Shown in pieces: positions 1 through 12,707 of a stretch of DNA of 64,000 nt. Numbering within the stretch: the stretch's first letter is position 1; each line of letters starts with the position of its first letter. A program made the position numbers and the translations under genes. A model generated the notes under the pieces. It was given only the letters and a program-made list of their open reading frames with translations, did not search any database and was not told the origin of the DNA. Source of the DNA: Rhizodiscina lignyota (lineage: Eukaryota); contig ML978125.1 of NCBI GenBank assembly GCA_010015805.1, forward strand, positions 2,294,001 to 2,358,000, read 5' to 3'.

Positions 1-162
1 CATCAGAATGGCAAGGCAATCTTACGATTGAGGATAGCCGTGGACAAGAATCAGAATCGGGTTGTCTGGAGAGACAGTCTCCAAGCCTCTTGAGTAGTAG
101 TTCACCGCGGACCCACATGATGTTGGGACGCTGCTCGATTTTTCAAAGAACTCGGACGTCAT
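1..162 (-). CDS. Alpha/beta-hydrolase (epoxide hydrolase / haloacetate dehalogenase-like), 5' part; runs off the window
   Basis: ATG at 162 gives MTSEFFEKSS...PILILVHGYPQS. HGYP is the oxyanion-hole motif of this family. A GTAAG donor follows at ~25. Confidence 0.7.
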
Positions 163-479
163 CGCAGTTGATTTAATCCTCACAAGAATATATAGGATTA
201 TCTTGGAACGAAAACGCTTCAGGTGGACTTGCTGTTGAACAGCATGAGGTTGGTGAGAGGGAACGACACTTTCCGGCAAGGCGGAGGGGTTGTCAGCGGC
301 TCGGTAGCGAACCGAGTCCATTGATAATTAGTTTCCAATTGAATTCGCCTGTTGGGGTATCAACTATTATCGGAATTGCTATATGACTGACTGCTCTCTT
401 CTACCGTAGTTATAAATATAAAACAGAACCGCAGAGCAAAGAAAAGGGCGTAATTGATATGCCGTTGGTATATTGATCC

Positions 480-2484
480 TTAAGTGCTAGTCATAACAGC
501 CTCATTGTGATTGATCCTCAATCGAACTTTCAACTCCTCTGCCTTCTTCGTCAACCCCTTCTCCGACATGCCGTGCTCAGCATTTATATTCTCTCTCGCT
601 TTAGCGTCAAAGCCCAAGAAAATAACCGGGAGAGGATTCAAGCCCCAAGCGAACAGGCCTGCCCTTTTTGTCTCGATGACGGTCCCAACAAGGAAAACAA
701 GGCCCAGTAACCAAATCAGCACCGGCAGACAAATCCAGACCCATGACACGACGACGTAGGTTACGGGAGCAAGGACATGGCCTTTGGCCATTACGGGCTT
801 CGCCGTGTCGAGATTCCAGCTGGAGTCTCTGATCGCCTTCGTCATGCCCAAAGCCAGATTTTGCATGGCACAAATGTTGCCGTTCTGCGGCGTTTCACAC
901 GTGCTGTAGTTGCCCAAAAATATGGCCTACGTTCCTGTTAGTATCTCATTAAAGGGAAGACAATATTGGTTCTTACCTGCATCAGGTCCGCAGTGAGATC
1001 GCCATTTTGAGTCTCTATCCCCGCCTCTTCCGACTGGTACTCGTAGTCATCGTCTCCTTCAGTACCAACGTTGCCGCTAAGAATCGATGCAAGATAGAAA
1101 CTGATCCCGTGGTTGATATTGTACGGGATGGTGTAGTTCTCGGAGTATATTCCCAGGGATGGCACGATTGACATTGGAACGATGGAATCTTGCGTATCCT
1201 CGTCAACGATATAGCCAGTGAAGGGAGAACTAATCGTTTGCTCATAATATTGAGCGCCAGATAATGCAGCTTGAGTTGACCTAGACGAGGACCCGATCGA
1301 AGTGTTGTAGATTCGTACGCAGGGCGTTAATGCACACTCCGAAGCAACGAGCTTTGTCGTTGAATTCACAAGATGGCTGCCGAAAGCAGAAATGGAATCC
1401 ACAATGGCCATGGGCCGGTTTAGGACCAGTTCCTGATATGCTTCCACAACAGGCTCCGTTGGTGACCCGATACGCATGACGTTCAAGTTATGCGGATTGT
1501 CTTGTCGTCGGAGGGTAAAGCCATTTGGCAGCCATGCATCGCACCAAGTTGACGCATTCACATTGTTAAAATCAGCACAGCTCCTTTTAAGCCTGTGCGT
1601 CAAATCAGTGCACTGTGCACAAACACCCAGACTTGAATACGCATCCCAGGTACAATTTCCGGTGGGACAACTGTATTTGGCGACCTTCCAATCGTCGTTG
1701 GCATTGAAGAGGGATGAGAGTATATTGGCTTTCATGCTCACATCCACAGTAGCATCCGCATGAACTGAGAATGTCTCCGGGTTGTACTTCGTTGTGTTTG
1801 CGACGTATGCATAGCCAGCATTTTGAGAGACTGGGTAGCGGAGGTCATATGCAACCAGATTTTGGATAAAGGGATCGAAGCCCAAAGAGAGAACCATGGC
1901 GATTGCACCGACGATTGCAAAGTGCTTCCCCTTGAGACTCCAGGCTAGCTTCAAACTGCCGGTAAGACCTCGTGCAGCGGAATCAAACTTGTCCAGATCG
2001 GCAAGACTCCGTTCGTCTTGGGTGAAATATATCCATTTGAGTTGGCCCAGGCCTGTGTGAACATGGTAAGCATACTCAGACTGCTTCTTTGGTGTGTATC
2101 TCATGACTGACTTCTCGATATGGGGATCAGGACACACAGCTTCCCAATCGTGCTCAACCATGCAATAACGGAGTTGACAGAAACGGTGACATGGCCACAA
2201 TAGTCCTTCCCTTTCACATTCCCGCAATATTGATGCGGCTGCGACCAAGTCGGTAACGGTTTGCCGTTGAGAGCTGCCAAAATACCAATGATACCAGCCA
2301 ACGCCGCGGCGGATCCAACGACTCCAACAATTTCCCACAGCCACAGATCGCGCCTCCTGGGGATATTATATGCTTGCTGCTCGTTGATCGGTGATTCAGA
2401 TGAGGCCTTTTCTGCCCACGAAGCATCGCGCGTGGACATCTCATAGGCATCCACATTGGGGCGTTTGTCGTCTATTCCGTTCAT
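480..2484 (-). CDS. DUF3176-type fungal membrane protein, 3 exons
   Basis: Motifs LWLWEI..., SVNSVIAWLST, LGQLKWIYF, DLDKFDSAARG..GSLKL, DPFIQ, CPTGNCTW and a C-terminal W.WI.LP TM segment. Introns at ~2053-2111 and ~927-977 join ORFs 2101-2484, 938-2344 and 480-917. Confidence 0.8.
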
Positions 2485-3581
2485 AGTGAAACTTCGAGTT
2501 GAACAGAAGCAGAAAAATACTGAGAAGACCAGCCACTTTGGCAGAATGAGAGTTCAACAAATACAGGCCGTCGACTTAGTCCAACATCCATGACCATTTA
2601 TTATAGCGTGTATTCCACTGGAGTCTAGGTGGAACGGCATCAAGCTAGGTGTAGGCGAGACCGGTGGCGCATGTTGTCAGTTCCATCTTAGCTGAACCGC
2701 CGAGTAGAAGAACGGTCTCGGAACACTGCAGATTATTATTGAACTCGGTCCAACTGTCTGTCAGTTGATCAAATCAATGATGAGAATTTCTATGAGGGTA
2801 GAAACAACCCTTGCGCCGCTGTTCATAGCATGTTGGAGACGTCCGCTGCTGCGGCTTCACCAGAAATCGCCATCGCATGATCGGATTCTCTGGAAATCGA
2901 TCCCAAATTGAGACGGCAAGTGGAGCGGCTGCAGGCGCAGAACGAGCAACGGGTTTCTGCACACGTGGCTGTGAGATGAGCTAGTGCGGAGAGCCTCAAT
3001 ATTCGATATCGCTCCCCCTTTTTAGCCCGAGCGCCAAGCCATTTAGGCAAGTCTCGACAACGCCTTGCGATAACCCCCGATCTGCTTCTACAAAAAGAGA
3101 AAGCGAATCGACGCTTTGGAACAGCTAGAGCCTAATTAGGCGTGATGATATCCTGGTCTAGTTTCGCACTTCCCGTGAAGTCGACTGAGCTGGACTTCTA
3201 GGCACTGCGCACGCGGCACGGCAGAGTCTTGCCGGTCTTCATGGGAGAATATGAGATGCTTCGAGTTTGCTTTGTGTCAGTGTCAAAATGTTTCGAGATA
3301 AATCCATACAGCTTGTGATAATCAAGGGTTGACCTCGGCGAACGAAGAATATCCTTGAGCTAAATGTACCTGTGACGGATTGGATATTCCCTCTTTCATT
3401 CTCCGCCTCGGACTAGAAGTTCCCTATTTCAGTCCAGTCGCTCCTGCGACAGTTCATCGATATCGAAATGGCGTACGATATTGTATCGTATTGATTCCTT
3501 CTACTTCTACAATTACCGGACTGCAGTAACCGATTTCTACGTAAGAAGTTCATGATTTAAGAGAATTGCGATTGCGGGAGA

Positions 3582-4790
3582 ATGGCTGAAAGCTTCAATG
3601 CCCAAATTGTCGTGATTGGGTAAGCTGTTTCTCTATATGACAGCTTCAGCGGGCGAGAATACTCACTTTGCAACGAATCAGGGCTGGAATAGTTGGACTC
3701 AACGTAGCATGGGAGCTGGCGAGGCGAGGTTACGGCAAGCACACTCTTGTAATTGCGGAATATCTTCCAGGCGATACGTCAATCAATTACACCTCTCCAT
3801 GGTAAGCTTCCCACTGCAGTTGTAATACACCCTGCTGAACATTTAAGGGCCGGTGCGGATTTCTCAGCAGTCTCAGGCTCTGACAAGAATGCTCTACGCT
3901 GGGACCGTCAAAGCTACCCCATTCTTCTGGCGATGGCTGATGATCCACAACAACCCTTCGTGCAAAGAGCGCCATCGTATGTTTACTGGGATGAGATGCC
4001 TTCGGAGAAGAAAATTGAATCAATGGCTGCGTATCTGGAAGATGTACGCAGATTCGATGGTTAGATTCGGGCCTTCTCACTGAACTCAGCGCAGTATCGA
4101 GTCCTCGAACGGTCCGAATGCCCAGAAGGTGCTGTTTTGGGCGTGTTCTTTACAACTGTAAAGATCAACCCTCCTGCACATTGCAGGCACTTAAAATCAA
4201 TGCTTGAGCAGCAGGGCATTAGATTTGTCCGCAAACGGCTCCCAGATCTTGCTTCTGCATTCCAGCAGTCAAAGGCAAAGGTCGTATTCAACTGCATTGG
4301 CGGCGCCGCTGAGAAGTTTTCGGGTGTTCAAGACACAAAGAGTTATCCAACACGCGGTGCAACATTAATCGCGCATGCACCAAAGATCACTGCATGCTAT
4401 TCCCATCGTACACGTGAACATGCGACATATATTATCCCGCGACCAAATTCCGGCGGCCAGGTTGTCCTCGGCGGATATCAACAGGCCCACATCAGAACCG
4501 GAGATACATTCGTCGAAGAATCGGACTCCATACGCGCGAGAACTGGTAAGCTCTTGCCAGCATTGATGGACGAGGATGTCCACATTATGGCTGCTGTGGC
4601 TGGGTTAAGGCCTTCGCATGAAGGTGGCGCAAGAGTTGAGAGAGAGGAAATTGCGCCTGGGAAGGTTGTCGTTCACAACTATGGTGCTGGTGGAACAGGA
4701 TACCAAGCTGGAATTGCCATGGCACGGGATGCGGTAGCTCTGGTGGCCGACCGTGAGCTCAAAGATTTAGAATACACGAGTGTTCTTTGA
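3582..4790 (+). CDS. D-amino acid oxidase (FAD-dependent), 4 exons
   Basis: Spliced reading MAESFNAQIVVIG|AGIVGLNVAW...YTSPW|AGADFS (GxGxxG). Later motifs TYIIPR, GLRP and VVHNYGAGGTGYQ are diagnostic of DAO. Confidence 0.9.
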
Positions 4791-4835
4791 GTGAATTCAT
4801 ATTCACGATTAGACATACATCTCTGGATATACACC

Positions 4836-6587
4836 TCATGTTACAATCCACTGCGATAACGTGACAATCGTAGTGTAGACCATGGCGACGATACCCAAGG
4901 TCATCATCGCAAGATCCCCAAACTTTTCCAACTTTGAGCTGGCGCAGCCTTTGTAATGAAGGAAGGCGGGATAGATGTACACGAGAGGCACGCACGCAAA
5001 GCTACCAATCAATGCGACGAATTTGTCCAAATCACTTGCTCCCAATAGCGATATTACGCCACACAAGACCGTTAGACCAGTCCGCAGAGCATTCTTCTTC
5101 CACTTGATTGTCGCACTCTTCTTGCCAGTCGCTTTCTCGCCGAATAAAGCAGTTTCAATGATACGCACAGCGGGGAAGAGCTGCACAGGATTGCCCACTA
5201 GGACTGCCATCGAGTAGAGAAATTGAACCGCGTTGACGAACTTGCTAGTTTGCGGAAAGTTGGAAATGATTTGGATTTTCGTGTCTTCGCCAAAGGTCGC
5301 GTAACAGAGCGCCCCGACCGACGTGAAAATCACGGTAATAATGAGCATGATCAAATACAACAGGTAGCTGAACTTCTCGGGCTGCTTCATTGATGATTGG
5401 ATTGGTAAAATCAAGCCGATGCCCTCAAACGTGAAGATTGCAGAGCCAATTGTGAGAGTAAAGTGAGCCGGGTTGAAGAGCGTGACGCTTGGAGCCATGC
5501 CACGTGTAGCTAGACTGAAAATGTCATAGTACCAGATGTAGACCAGGCCGATAAGGATGAAGACGTCAGCCAGTAGTGCTGCCGGGCCAAGTTTCGAGAT
5601 GTTCCGAATGAGCGAAAGAGGTATCAGTACGACAAGCTGAAGTGCTATCAATGCTTCAGGACCAAGAGGCATCCGCTGGTCGTGAGTGACTGCATCCAAG
5701 AAGGAGAATATGTTTTCTGCAGTGAAGATGATGCCTGTGCAGACGAAGCCGAGCTGCGACAGGGTGATGGATGCCAATATGAGAGATCTGAGACGAGGTC
5801 CAACGATTGCTTCACCGAGCTCTCCGTAGCCACTATGGCCAAACTTGGACCGACACTGGAGGAGTAATCGGAAACAGACACTCGTGAGTACCGAAACCGT
5901 CACAAGCGTTAGAGAAGAGAACAGAATGCCACCGTTCCGAAATGCCTTTGGTAAGAACATGATGCCTGTGCCGATAAAAGCTTTGAGCAGGGTGAAGAAA
6001 GTCTTCGTGGTGCCTGCATTGCCATCGCGCCTGTACCGTTTGGTGCTTTTGCGGCGTCCAAGAAGCGGCCGAGTTTCTGAAGGTCTATCGTCAGGCTCAG
6101 CAGTTCCACCTTCGATAGCTGATTCGTCGTCCTCATCTGTATCTGCGAGGTCCTCGCCGGCGAAACTACCATAAAGTTCCAGAAACGAAATAAAATTCCG
6201 CGTGATCGGTAGAGTGACGTCGCTGAATTTTCTCTTCAGCACCTGCCGCTGGATAAAGGCTCGTCGGAAGCCCCCAGGCTCGAGTTGTTCAGGGACGGTG
6301 GGCTGATGTGGCGAGAGCAAGCTCTCACCCTGGGCTGCAGAGAAAGTCGCAGCTCGTCTGGGTGCATTCGCTCTCGCTTTGATTTTGTAAATGTCTCTAT
6401 GGATATCGCCGCCTTGCAGTTTGAGGGAGGATTGTTCCGGCAGCTCGCCCAATGCTGTCTCGGATTGAGATGCATTCGATATTGAAGTGGTCAAAACGTC
6501 TGGCTCTGCCGAGTAGCCTTCTTGAAGGTGCTGATCAACGATGGCCGCTTCTCGGCGGCTGCTGCCGCTGCCAGGTGTGTCCGCCAT
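4836..6587 (-). CDS. Vacuolar amino acid transporter, Avt3/Avt4-like (AAAP family)
   Basis: Motifs LKLQGGDIHRDIY, PGGFRR, FLELYGSFAGEDL, LLKAFIGTGIMFLPKAF.NGG and FTFEGIGLILPI; about 11 TM segments. Likely start is MADTPG at 6587. Confidence 0.92.
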   Translation of the reverse strand: MADTPGSGSSRREAAIVDQHLQEGYSAEPDVLTTSISNASQSETALGELPEQSSLKLQGGDIHRDIYKIKARANAPRRAATFSAAQGESLLSPHQPTVPEQLEPGGFRRAFIQRQVLKRKFSDVTLPITRNFISFLELYGSFAGEDLADTDEDDESAIEGGTAEPDDRPSETRPLLGRRKSTKRYRRDGNAGTTKTFFTLLKAFIGTGIMFLPKAFRNGGILFSSLTLVTVSVLTSVCFRLLLQCRSKFGHSGYGELGEAIVGPRLRSLILASITLSQLGFVCTGIIFTAENIFSFLDAVTHDQRMPLGPEALIALQLVVLIPLSLIRNISKLGPAALLADVFILIGLVYIWYYDIFSLATRGMAPSVTLFNPAHFTLTIGSAIFTFEGIGLILPIQSSMKQPEKFSYLLYLIMLIITVIFTSVGALCYATFGEDTKIQIISNFPQTSKFVNAVQFLYSMAVLVGNPVQLFPAVRIIETALFGEKATGKKSATIKWKKNALRTGLTVLCGVISLLGASDLDKFVALIGSFACVPLVYIYPAFLHYKGCASSKLEKFGDLAMMTLGIVAMVYTTIVTLSQWIVT

Positions 6588-7132
6588 GGCTCGTCTAATG
6601 AATGGTCTACTGAGGGAGAGGAGGGATGGGAGTGAAATATGAGGAGCAGCAAGTCCTACGCATCGCAGGATGATGCTCCTCTCACGTGTTTGTTGATGTG
6701 TGGTGGGAAAGTTCCAGAAATGCGGAGGTGGAAAGCGAATCTTTGCATCATGAAAGCTCGGGCCACCTCTGAACGGCAACTCTTCCAAGGTTCAGCCATA
6801 CACGTGCGCCGTGCTCACCGTCTTCCGAGAAGCGGCAAAGCGTGACAGCATGGCAGGAAAATTTCAGATGAATAGCCTATCCGCGCCAAGTCCACATTGG
6901 ACGTGTCGGGGATATGTATGCAGCACAATAGAGCATGACAGCTGTGTGCTGGGGTTTACTCGCTACATCGAGCTTGTGCATATTGCCCGATTGGGTAAAT
7001 ATATCTCCTCCGACATAATAATTCCCTTCAGACTCGCGTCTGTTCTATATTCTCTTCATTTGTCTGCTTTGATTGGAACTGTGATCCTTTCTTTTGTCGT
7101 ACTACGCAGTCCATTATTTACAGCAGCACCAT

Positions 7133-8569
7133 TTACTTAGTCGCAAGCACATCCCAATAATCGAGTCCAGGTGCTTTGACTAATTTCCCACCTTTCCAAA
7201 TGCTCTTAATCTTCTGTGGATGCTGAAGTAACTCTATATTCTCCAACGGATTTTCGTCAAGTGCGATAAAGTCCGCATCGTATCCTTCCTTTACTTGCCC
7301 ACTCTTTGGGGCTTGCGGACCAAGTGTCATCGGCCCATTCGCAGTGGCCGCTTCAATAGCCTGCAAAGGCGTCATACCGGCCTTCACTGCGTACATGACT
7401 TCCTTTCCGTTCAATCCAGCGCCAAGGACGGTCCCTGAGCCGCCGAAGAGATCCGAGCCAGTGGCACATCTTACACCCGCTTTGATTGCTTTCGAGTAGG
7501 CTTCCTTGTGTATGTGGGCGAAGCGTAGGACTTTTTGGTACATTGCCGGGGGGTACGCGTCTCTATTATTCAGGATACTCTCGATTGGTGTCATCGTTGC
7601 CACAAGCGTTACGTCGTTCTTCTTCATTGCTTCGATCGCCTCATCATCCAAGTAAGAGCCATGCTCAATCACTTTGAATCCTGCACGAATGGCTGCCATG
7701 ATGCCTCGCTTCCCAATAGCATGCGCCGCACATACGAGTTCGAAGCGAGTGGCTTCGTCGACAATGGCAGCCAGCTCGGCATCTGTGAATTGCTGATGCA
7801 GCGGGTTGTCGGACAAGGATGTTGCTCCGCCGCTCGTGAAAGCTTTGATGACCTTAGCTCCACGGCGTAGATTGACGCGTACAGCTTTGCGAACCTCCTC
7901 TACGCCGTCAACAATCACGAAAGGCACCATGCCGACATCAGTTCCTGGCGAGTTGAGAGTGAGCTTCTGCCATACGCTCCCCAGAGGAATCTCAAAGACG
8001 TCGCCGTGGCCAGCTGTCTGACTGAGTGCTGCACCTGCTCCATAGAGATTCGGACCTAGGATGACACCTTCGTCCATAACAGTTTGAAATTCCGGGGCGT
8101 AGCCGCCAAGATCGATGCACGACGTATATCCAGCATAGAGCGTATCGCGGAGAGCTCTGACGGCACGAGCGCCAGCTGCTGCAGAGTTGCCCATTGACAT
8201 GTTTTCGGTGTTTATGGGTTTGAGCGGAGATGCACCGACAAAATGAGAATGACATTCCCAGAGACCGGGCATGAGAACCGGGACGGAGATAGTTGAGAGG
8301 TTTGAATACTGTGATGGAACATGACTCGGAGAGCCCACATAGACAATCTTTCCGTGCTCTGAAATAACAGCTTGATCTGTTAGCGGCTTTCCTATGCCTG
8401 GTATGAGAGTTGAAGCTCGAATATACGTCGCGTCGGAAGACGTATCGGACGCTACCGTGAGAGTTGTGGAAGAATGGCCAGGAGAAACGAGTTCCCACTC
8501 GTCCATATTTGCCATTGACGAGGTCTTCTGCTTGAGAAGACTTCTACTTGCGATCTGAGTAGGAAGCAT
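7133..8569 (-). CDS. Metal-dependent amidohydrolase (Xaa-Pro dipeptidase-like subgroup), intronless
   Basis: MPGLWECHSH (HxH), GGYA, SQTAGHGD, GAKVIK, AHA, IEHG, GSD, GYDADFIALD.NPL. The start could alternatively be the Met at ~8515. Confidence 0.9.
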   Translation of the reverse strand: MLPTQIASRSLLKQKTSSMANMDEWELVSPGHSSTTLTVASDTSSDATYIRASTLIPGIGKPLTDQAVISEHGKIVYVGSPSHVPSQYSNLSTISVPVLMPGLWECHSHFVGASPLKPINTENMSMGNSAAAGARAVRALRDTLYAGYTSCIDLGGYAPEFQTVMDEGVILGPNLYGAGAALSQTAGHGDVFEIPLGSVWQKLTLNSPGTDVGMVPFVIVDGVEEVRKAVRVNLRRGAKVIKAFTSGGATSLSDNPLHQQFTDAELAAIVDEATRFELVCAAHAIGKRGIMAAIRAGFKVIEHGSYLDDEAIEAMKKNDVTLVATMTPIESILNNRDAYPPAMYQKVLRFAHIHKEAYSKAIKAGVRCATGSDLFGGSGTVLGAGLNGKEVMYAVKAGMTPLQAIEAATANGPMTLGPQAPKSGQVKEGYDADFIALDENPLENIELLQHPQKIKSIWKGGKLVKAPGLDYWDVLATK

Positions 8570-10105
8570 CCCATATTATAAATTTATGTAAGAGGAAATG
8601 GCTCGTTTGTGATAACCAGATCTGCAGTCATCTTTGTTTGGGCCTCTAACCCGATATGATTGGCGCGCAATCTCAATGACGGAAAGTCGGCATGACAGGC
8701 GACGCAACTTCTACCATCGACATAATCTTCATACTGTTCTTGAGCGCAGGTCGGGCATATTATCTTAAAGTAGGGACGATTCCGTCGCCTCCAGCGGCAT
8801 GGAATAACTTCTTGCCCCGTTGCCGGACGAGGTCTTCAAGTGCACGCTGTTCGTGACCGGCCACCTTCCCAGACTTATTTATAAGGACTTGCGGCTCTGG
8901 ACAAGAATTGGTCCCCATGAGTGCATGGGGTTGCAAAATAACAGTTCCGTACAACTCCAAGCAGAGCGGTCAGTATAACGACAAGGCTCTACAGGACGAG
9001 TCAATGTGCTACACGCCCAGGTCTTGGAGATGCGTGCAGATCTAATCATTCGGCTTGAGAAGAATGACTTGAAGTAGAATCTCGAGTAGAGCCAGACCGA
9101 TTCATGCACAAGTTCTACACAGCTTTCGCCTACATAAGTGAGAGTTGCGTACAAGCTCCCGCAAGGTTCCTGTCTGCCGAATGGATGGTACCGATCAAGT
9201 ACGTAGCTAGATCAAGCATTATTGAGGCATAAACACATTGTGGTACTCCGATGGCTCACCACTTCTCATCATCTCACGTACGTCAACAATGAATTTGGAC
9301 GAAGCTGTGCGATTGCCTGACTTCGTTCGGCTGCATGTGTCGGTCGAAAGGAAAGCTGTACTGTTTTGATCATTTTGATTAACTAATCAAACCTTTTGGA
9401 AGCAGCTTTATTGAAGATATGCTGGCATTGAATCGTGCGCATCCACTCACAAAGCAGATGAATCTCGGCAGAGAAAAATCTGGCGGTAAGGAAAACCAAC
9501 TCTCCACCCAATCCAAAATGATCAGATTTAACATGATAACAAAAAACTCCAAAGCTCGAAACAGTGCCTATTGAAGCTGCAGGATCATTTGAAACGGTAG
9601 GGCAGAGATCTCCATTTTAGTCTACTGCATGATAGCCGAGCGAAATAGTCGACCCCGCTTGCATACAGACTTCAAAGTTAAGCCAAGTTCCAATCATTGG
9701 CCAAATTTGGATGGAAATTGGTTTCCGAGTATACTCTACTCCGCACGGAAGGTGGCCAACCGCAATCATGTTATCGTCTAGATCTCTGTTCCTGTTTGAT
9801 TTGCCGAACTGCGCCGGAGACCCCTTGAGCTTGAGGTCTCGGCCAGCGATTGATAAGTCGGTTATAGACGCGAGGTTGTTTCATCTGAGAGGAAGCCTCC
9901 AGATAAGGAAGAGCAAAGGTTCGTAGATTTGGTTACAGGCATATCGTGGCTTGCGGAGTACTGGAAGCTGATGATATAGGTGGCAGTTGACAGAAGATCT
10001 TGAGTACCTCGAACCGAAAACTCGGCGACCCAGCAACAGTATTTCTTGACTGCATCTCTGATAGAACGAAAGCCCACACAAGCTTTCATCTCCTTTAACC
10101 TCGAA

Positions 10106-11758
10106 ATGGTGGGGCCTTTGGAGACGTATGATGTTGTAGTTGTCGGCGGCGGTTTCTGTGGTTGCTACTCTCTGCACCAGCTCCGAGAGAACGGATTCTC
10201 CGCACATCTTTTTGAAGCTGGCACTGGCCTTGGAGGAATCTGGCACTGGAACTGTTATCCTGGAGCGCGGGTAGATACCGAAGTCCCATGCTACCAGCTC
10301 ACTTCACCAGAGACCTGGGAGACGTATCGATGGCGGCAGCGCTTTCCAGGTCGAGATGAATTGAAGGACTACTTTCGACACCTAGATCGTGTGTGGGACC
10401 TGTCCCGCGATATCAGTTACAGTTCTCGCGTGACAGCAATGGAATGGAATGACGCCGCCCATCAGTGGCACCTGCAAGTCAACAACGGCGAGAGTTATTG
10501 CACTGCTCGTCATGTACTCCTCTGTACTGGCTTTGCTTCCAAGCCATACTTCCCTCCGATAAAAAATGCCGATGTTTTCAAAGGCGAGACCTATCATACG
10601 TCGCTGTGGCCTCAAAATGGTGTCAAACTTGATGGCCGTCGGGTTGCAATCATTGGTACTGGGGCGAGTGGTGTGCAATGCATTCAAGAGGTCGGATACG
10701 TTGCTTCACAGATGACCGTCTTCCAGAGAACACCGAATACGGCCCTTCCAATGGAAAATCCAGACGTGACGGATAGCAGGAGAGAAGAACTTAGACAGCA
10801 GTGGCCGGAGATCAAGAAGCAAATGGACCTGACCTTCGCCGGGTTCGACTATGAGTTTGTGTCGAAGAAAGCAGCGGAGACGACAAAGGAAGAGCGAATG
10901 GCGATGTACGAAAAGCTCTTCCATACCGGGGGGCTTCATTTCTGGTTGGGCACTTACAAGGACGTCCTATTCGACCAAGATCTCAATGATGAGGCTTACG
11001 CATTCTGGCGAGCCAAAACTCTAAAGCGCATCAAGAACAAGCGTGCAGCAGAGATTCTGGCGCCTGAGATCCCACCTCATCCGTTCGGCACGAAGCGCAT
11101 CAGCCTCGAGCAAGGATTTTTTGAGCATTTCAATAAACCGAACGTCGACATCGTCAATCTCCGTGAGAATCCGATCTCAGAGTTGGTACCGCAGGGTATC
11201 AGGACGGCTGATGGCGTGATTCGCGAGTTCGATGTGATCATTTACGCAACGGGATTCGACTCCATCACTGGCGGTATTACGCAGATGAATATTCGTGGCG
11301 CAAGTGGTCAGTACGTTAAGGCCAAGTGGGACCACGGCGTTTATACCTATCTGGGTATGACAACCAGCGACTTCCCCAACCTCTATTTTACGTACGGCCC
11401 TCAGGCCCCAACTGCCTTTGCCACTGGACCTTCTTCCGCAGAAAACCAAGGAGGCTGGGTGATAGAGTGTTTGAAATACATGAGACAACAAGGATACACG
11501 AGAATTGAAGCGACGAGGCCCGCAGAGGAAAACTGGAGAGAGCATGTCAACGAGGTCGCGAATGACGGCCTCTTCCCAAAGGCGGAAAGCTGGTATTTCG
11601 GCGCGAATATTCCCGGCAAGCCACGGGAAGCTTTGAACTACATGAATGGATGGCCAGAGTACAGGAAGTGGATTTGGGATAACTGCGCGAAGAAGGGATA
11701 TAAAGGTTTCACCCTGTCAAAATTAAAAGATTCACAGCCGGTCACGGCGAGTCTGTGA
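10106..11758 (+). CDS. Type I Baeyer-Villiger monooxygenase (cyclohexanone/cyclopentanone monooxygenase family), intronless
   Basis: VVGGGFCG, GGIWHWNCYPGARVD, the BVMO fingerprint FKGETYHTSLWP (FxGxxxHxxxWP), a second Rossmann IGTGASG, ATGFD, SWYFGANIPGKPRE. Confidence 0.95.
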   Translation: MVGPLETYDVVVVGGGFCGCYSLHQLRENGFSAHLFEAGTGLGGIWHWNCYPGARVDTEVPCYQLTSPETWETYRWRQRFPGRDELKDYFRHLDRVWDLSRDISYSSRVTAMEWNDAAHQWHLQVNNGESYCTARHVLLCTGFASKPYFPPIKNADVFKGETYHTSLWPQNGVKLDGRRVAIIGTGASGVQCIQEVGYVASQMTVFQRTPNTALPMENPDVTDSRREELRQQWPEIKKQMDLTFAGFDYEFVSKKAAETTKEERMAMYEKLFHTGGLHFWLGTYKDVLFDQDLNDEAYAFWRAKTLKRIKNKRAAEILAPEIPPHPFGTKRISLEQGFFEHFNKPNVDIVNLRENPISELVPQGIRTADGVIREFDVIIYATGFDSITGGITQMNIRGASGQYVKAKWDHGVYTYLGMTTSDFPNLYFTYGPQAPTAFATGPSSAENQGGWVIECLKYMRQQGYTRIEATRPAEENWREHVNEVANDGLFPKAESWYFGANIPGKPREALNYMNGWPEYRKWIWDNCAKKGYKGFTLSKLKDSQPVTASL

Positions 11759-12159
11759 CGAACGTAATGAAATATGGAGAGAAACTTTCGTTGATGAATG
11801 TGATGGAGACCGACTCGGATATGAATTTTGAACTTGTAGATGTCAGATTAGAGGATGAGGACTGAAGGAAGTTATTTAAAGGGAGGAGGGGAATGGCCGT
11901 CAGCAGTAGTAAGCTTGCGGAGCAGAGCCATAGAGTTGTCCCGATTGGGCGAAAACCTTCCAGTATCACCAACTCCAAGCCTCACTTGACAAAACCTCGC
12001 ATTAAAAAAAATTCGTATCACCCATTTGATGGCATGGACACGGAAGCCAAATTGACAGCCCAGTCTTCAATGTAAAGCCTGGAAACCCTCTAAGTCGCTT
12101 CAACTTCTATAACATGTTTAAGAGACCCGACGGCATATGAAGCCTAGGCATCAACTACT

Positions 12160-12707
12160 TTACAAAGTTGGCCCACCCCGCGCAATTTTGAATTGGGTGA
12201 CCCCTTCATGCTTGCCTTGCCAAGGGTGCCGGTGATCCGCAAATGTCTCAAACTCAGGCGTTGGGATGCGTGGGAACATGCCCATCTTAATTACAAGCTT
12301 GCCCTGTCCATCGTACATTGGTGTTTCAGACCTGACCGGACTGTACCAAGTTAGCGAGAAAGGCCTCAGATCCACAGCTGGCTTCGTGCATACCTTCCAC
12401 AATTCGAACAGAACGCTCGTCTGACGACATTACCACTCATTGTCTCATAGTCTTCATAGACCTTCAAAGTCCTATTCTTGTCCTCGATTGTCACCTTGTC
12501 CTTCTCAATTGCCAGGTTCGGCGCAGCGAACGATCCGGAAACCTTCCTGCAATTCGCGCAGTGACAGATATGTCCATGGCGCCCATCGAAGAGAGTCGGA
12601 TCACGAATAGTTACAGTGATGGATCCACAGAGACAGTGGCCTGTGATGCTGTCCTTGAACTCGGATACATCATGCGACTTGGGATCGCCGGTGAGTGGAT
12701 TTGGCAT
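12160..12707 (-). CDS. GFA / CENP-V / Mss4-like zinc-binding protein, 2 exons
   Basis: GHCLCGSI, CHCANCRK.SGS and RAFCSNCG|SPV, with an intron at ~12343-12397. Confidence 0.9.

Noticed and set aside
4776..4790. DAO C-terminus -SVL as a peroxisomal PTS1
   Set aside because: It lacks the basic middle residue of the consensus, so targeting cannot be called from sequence.
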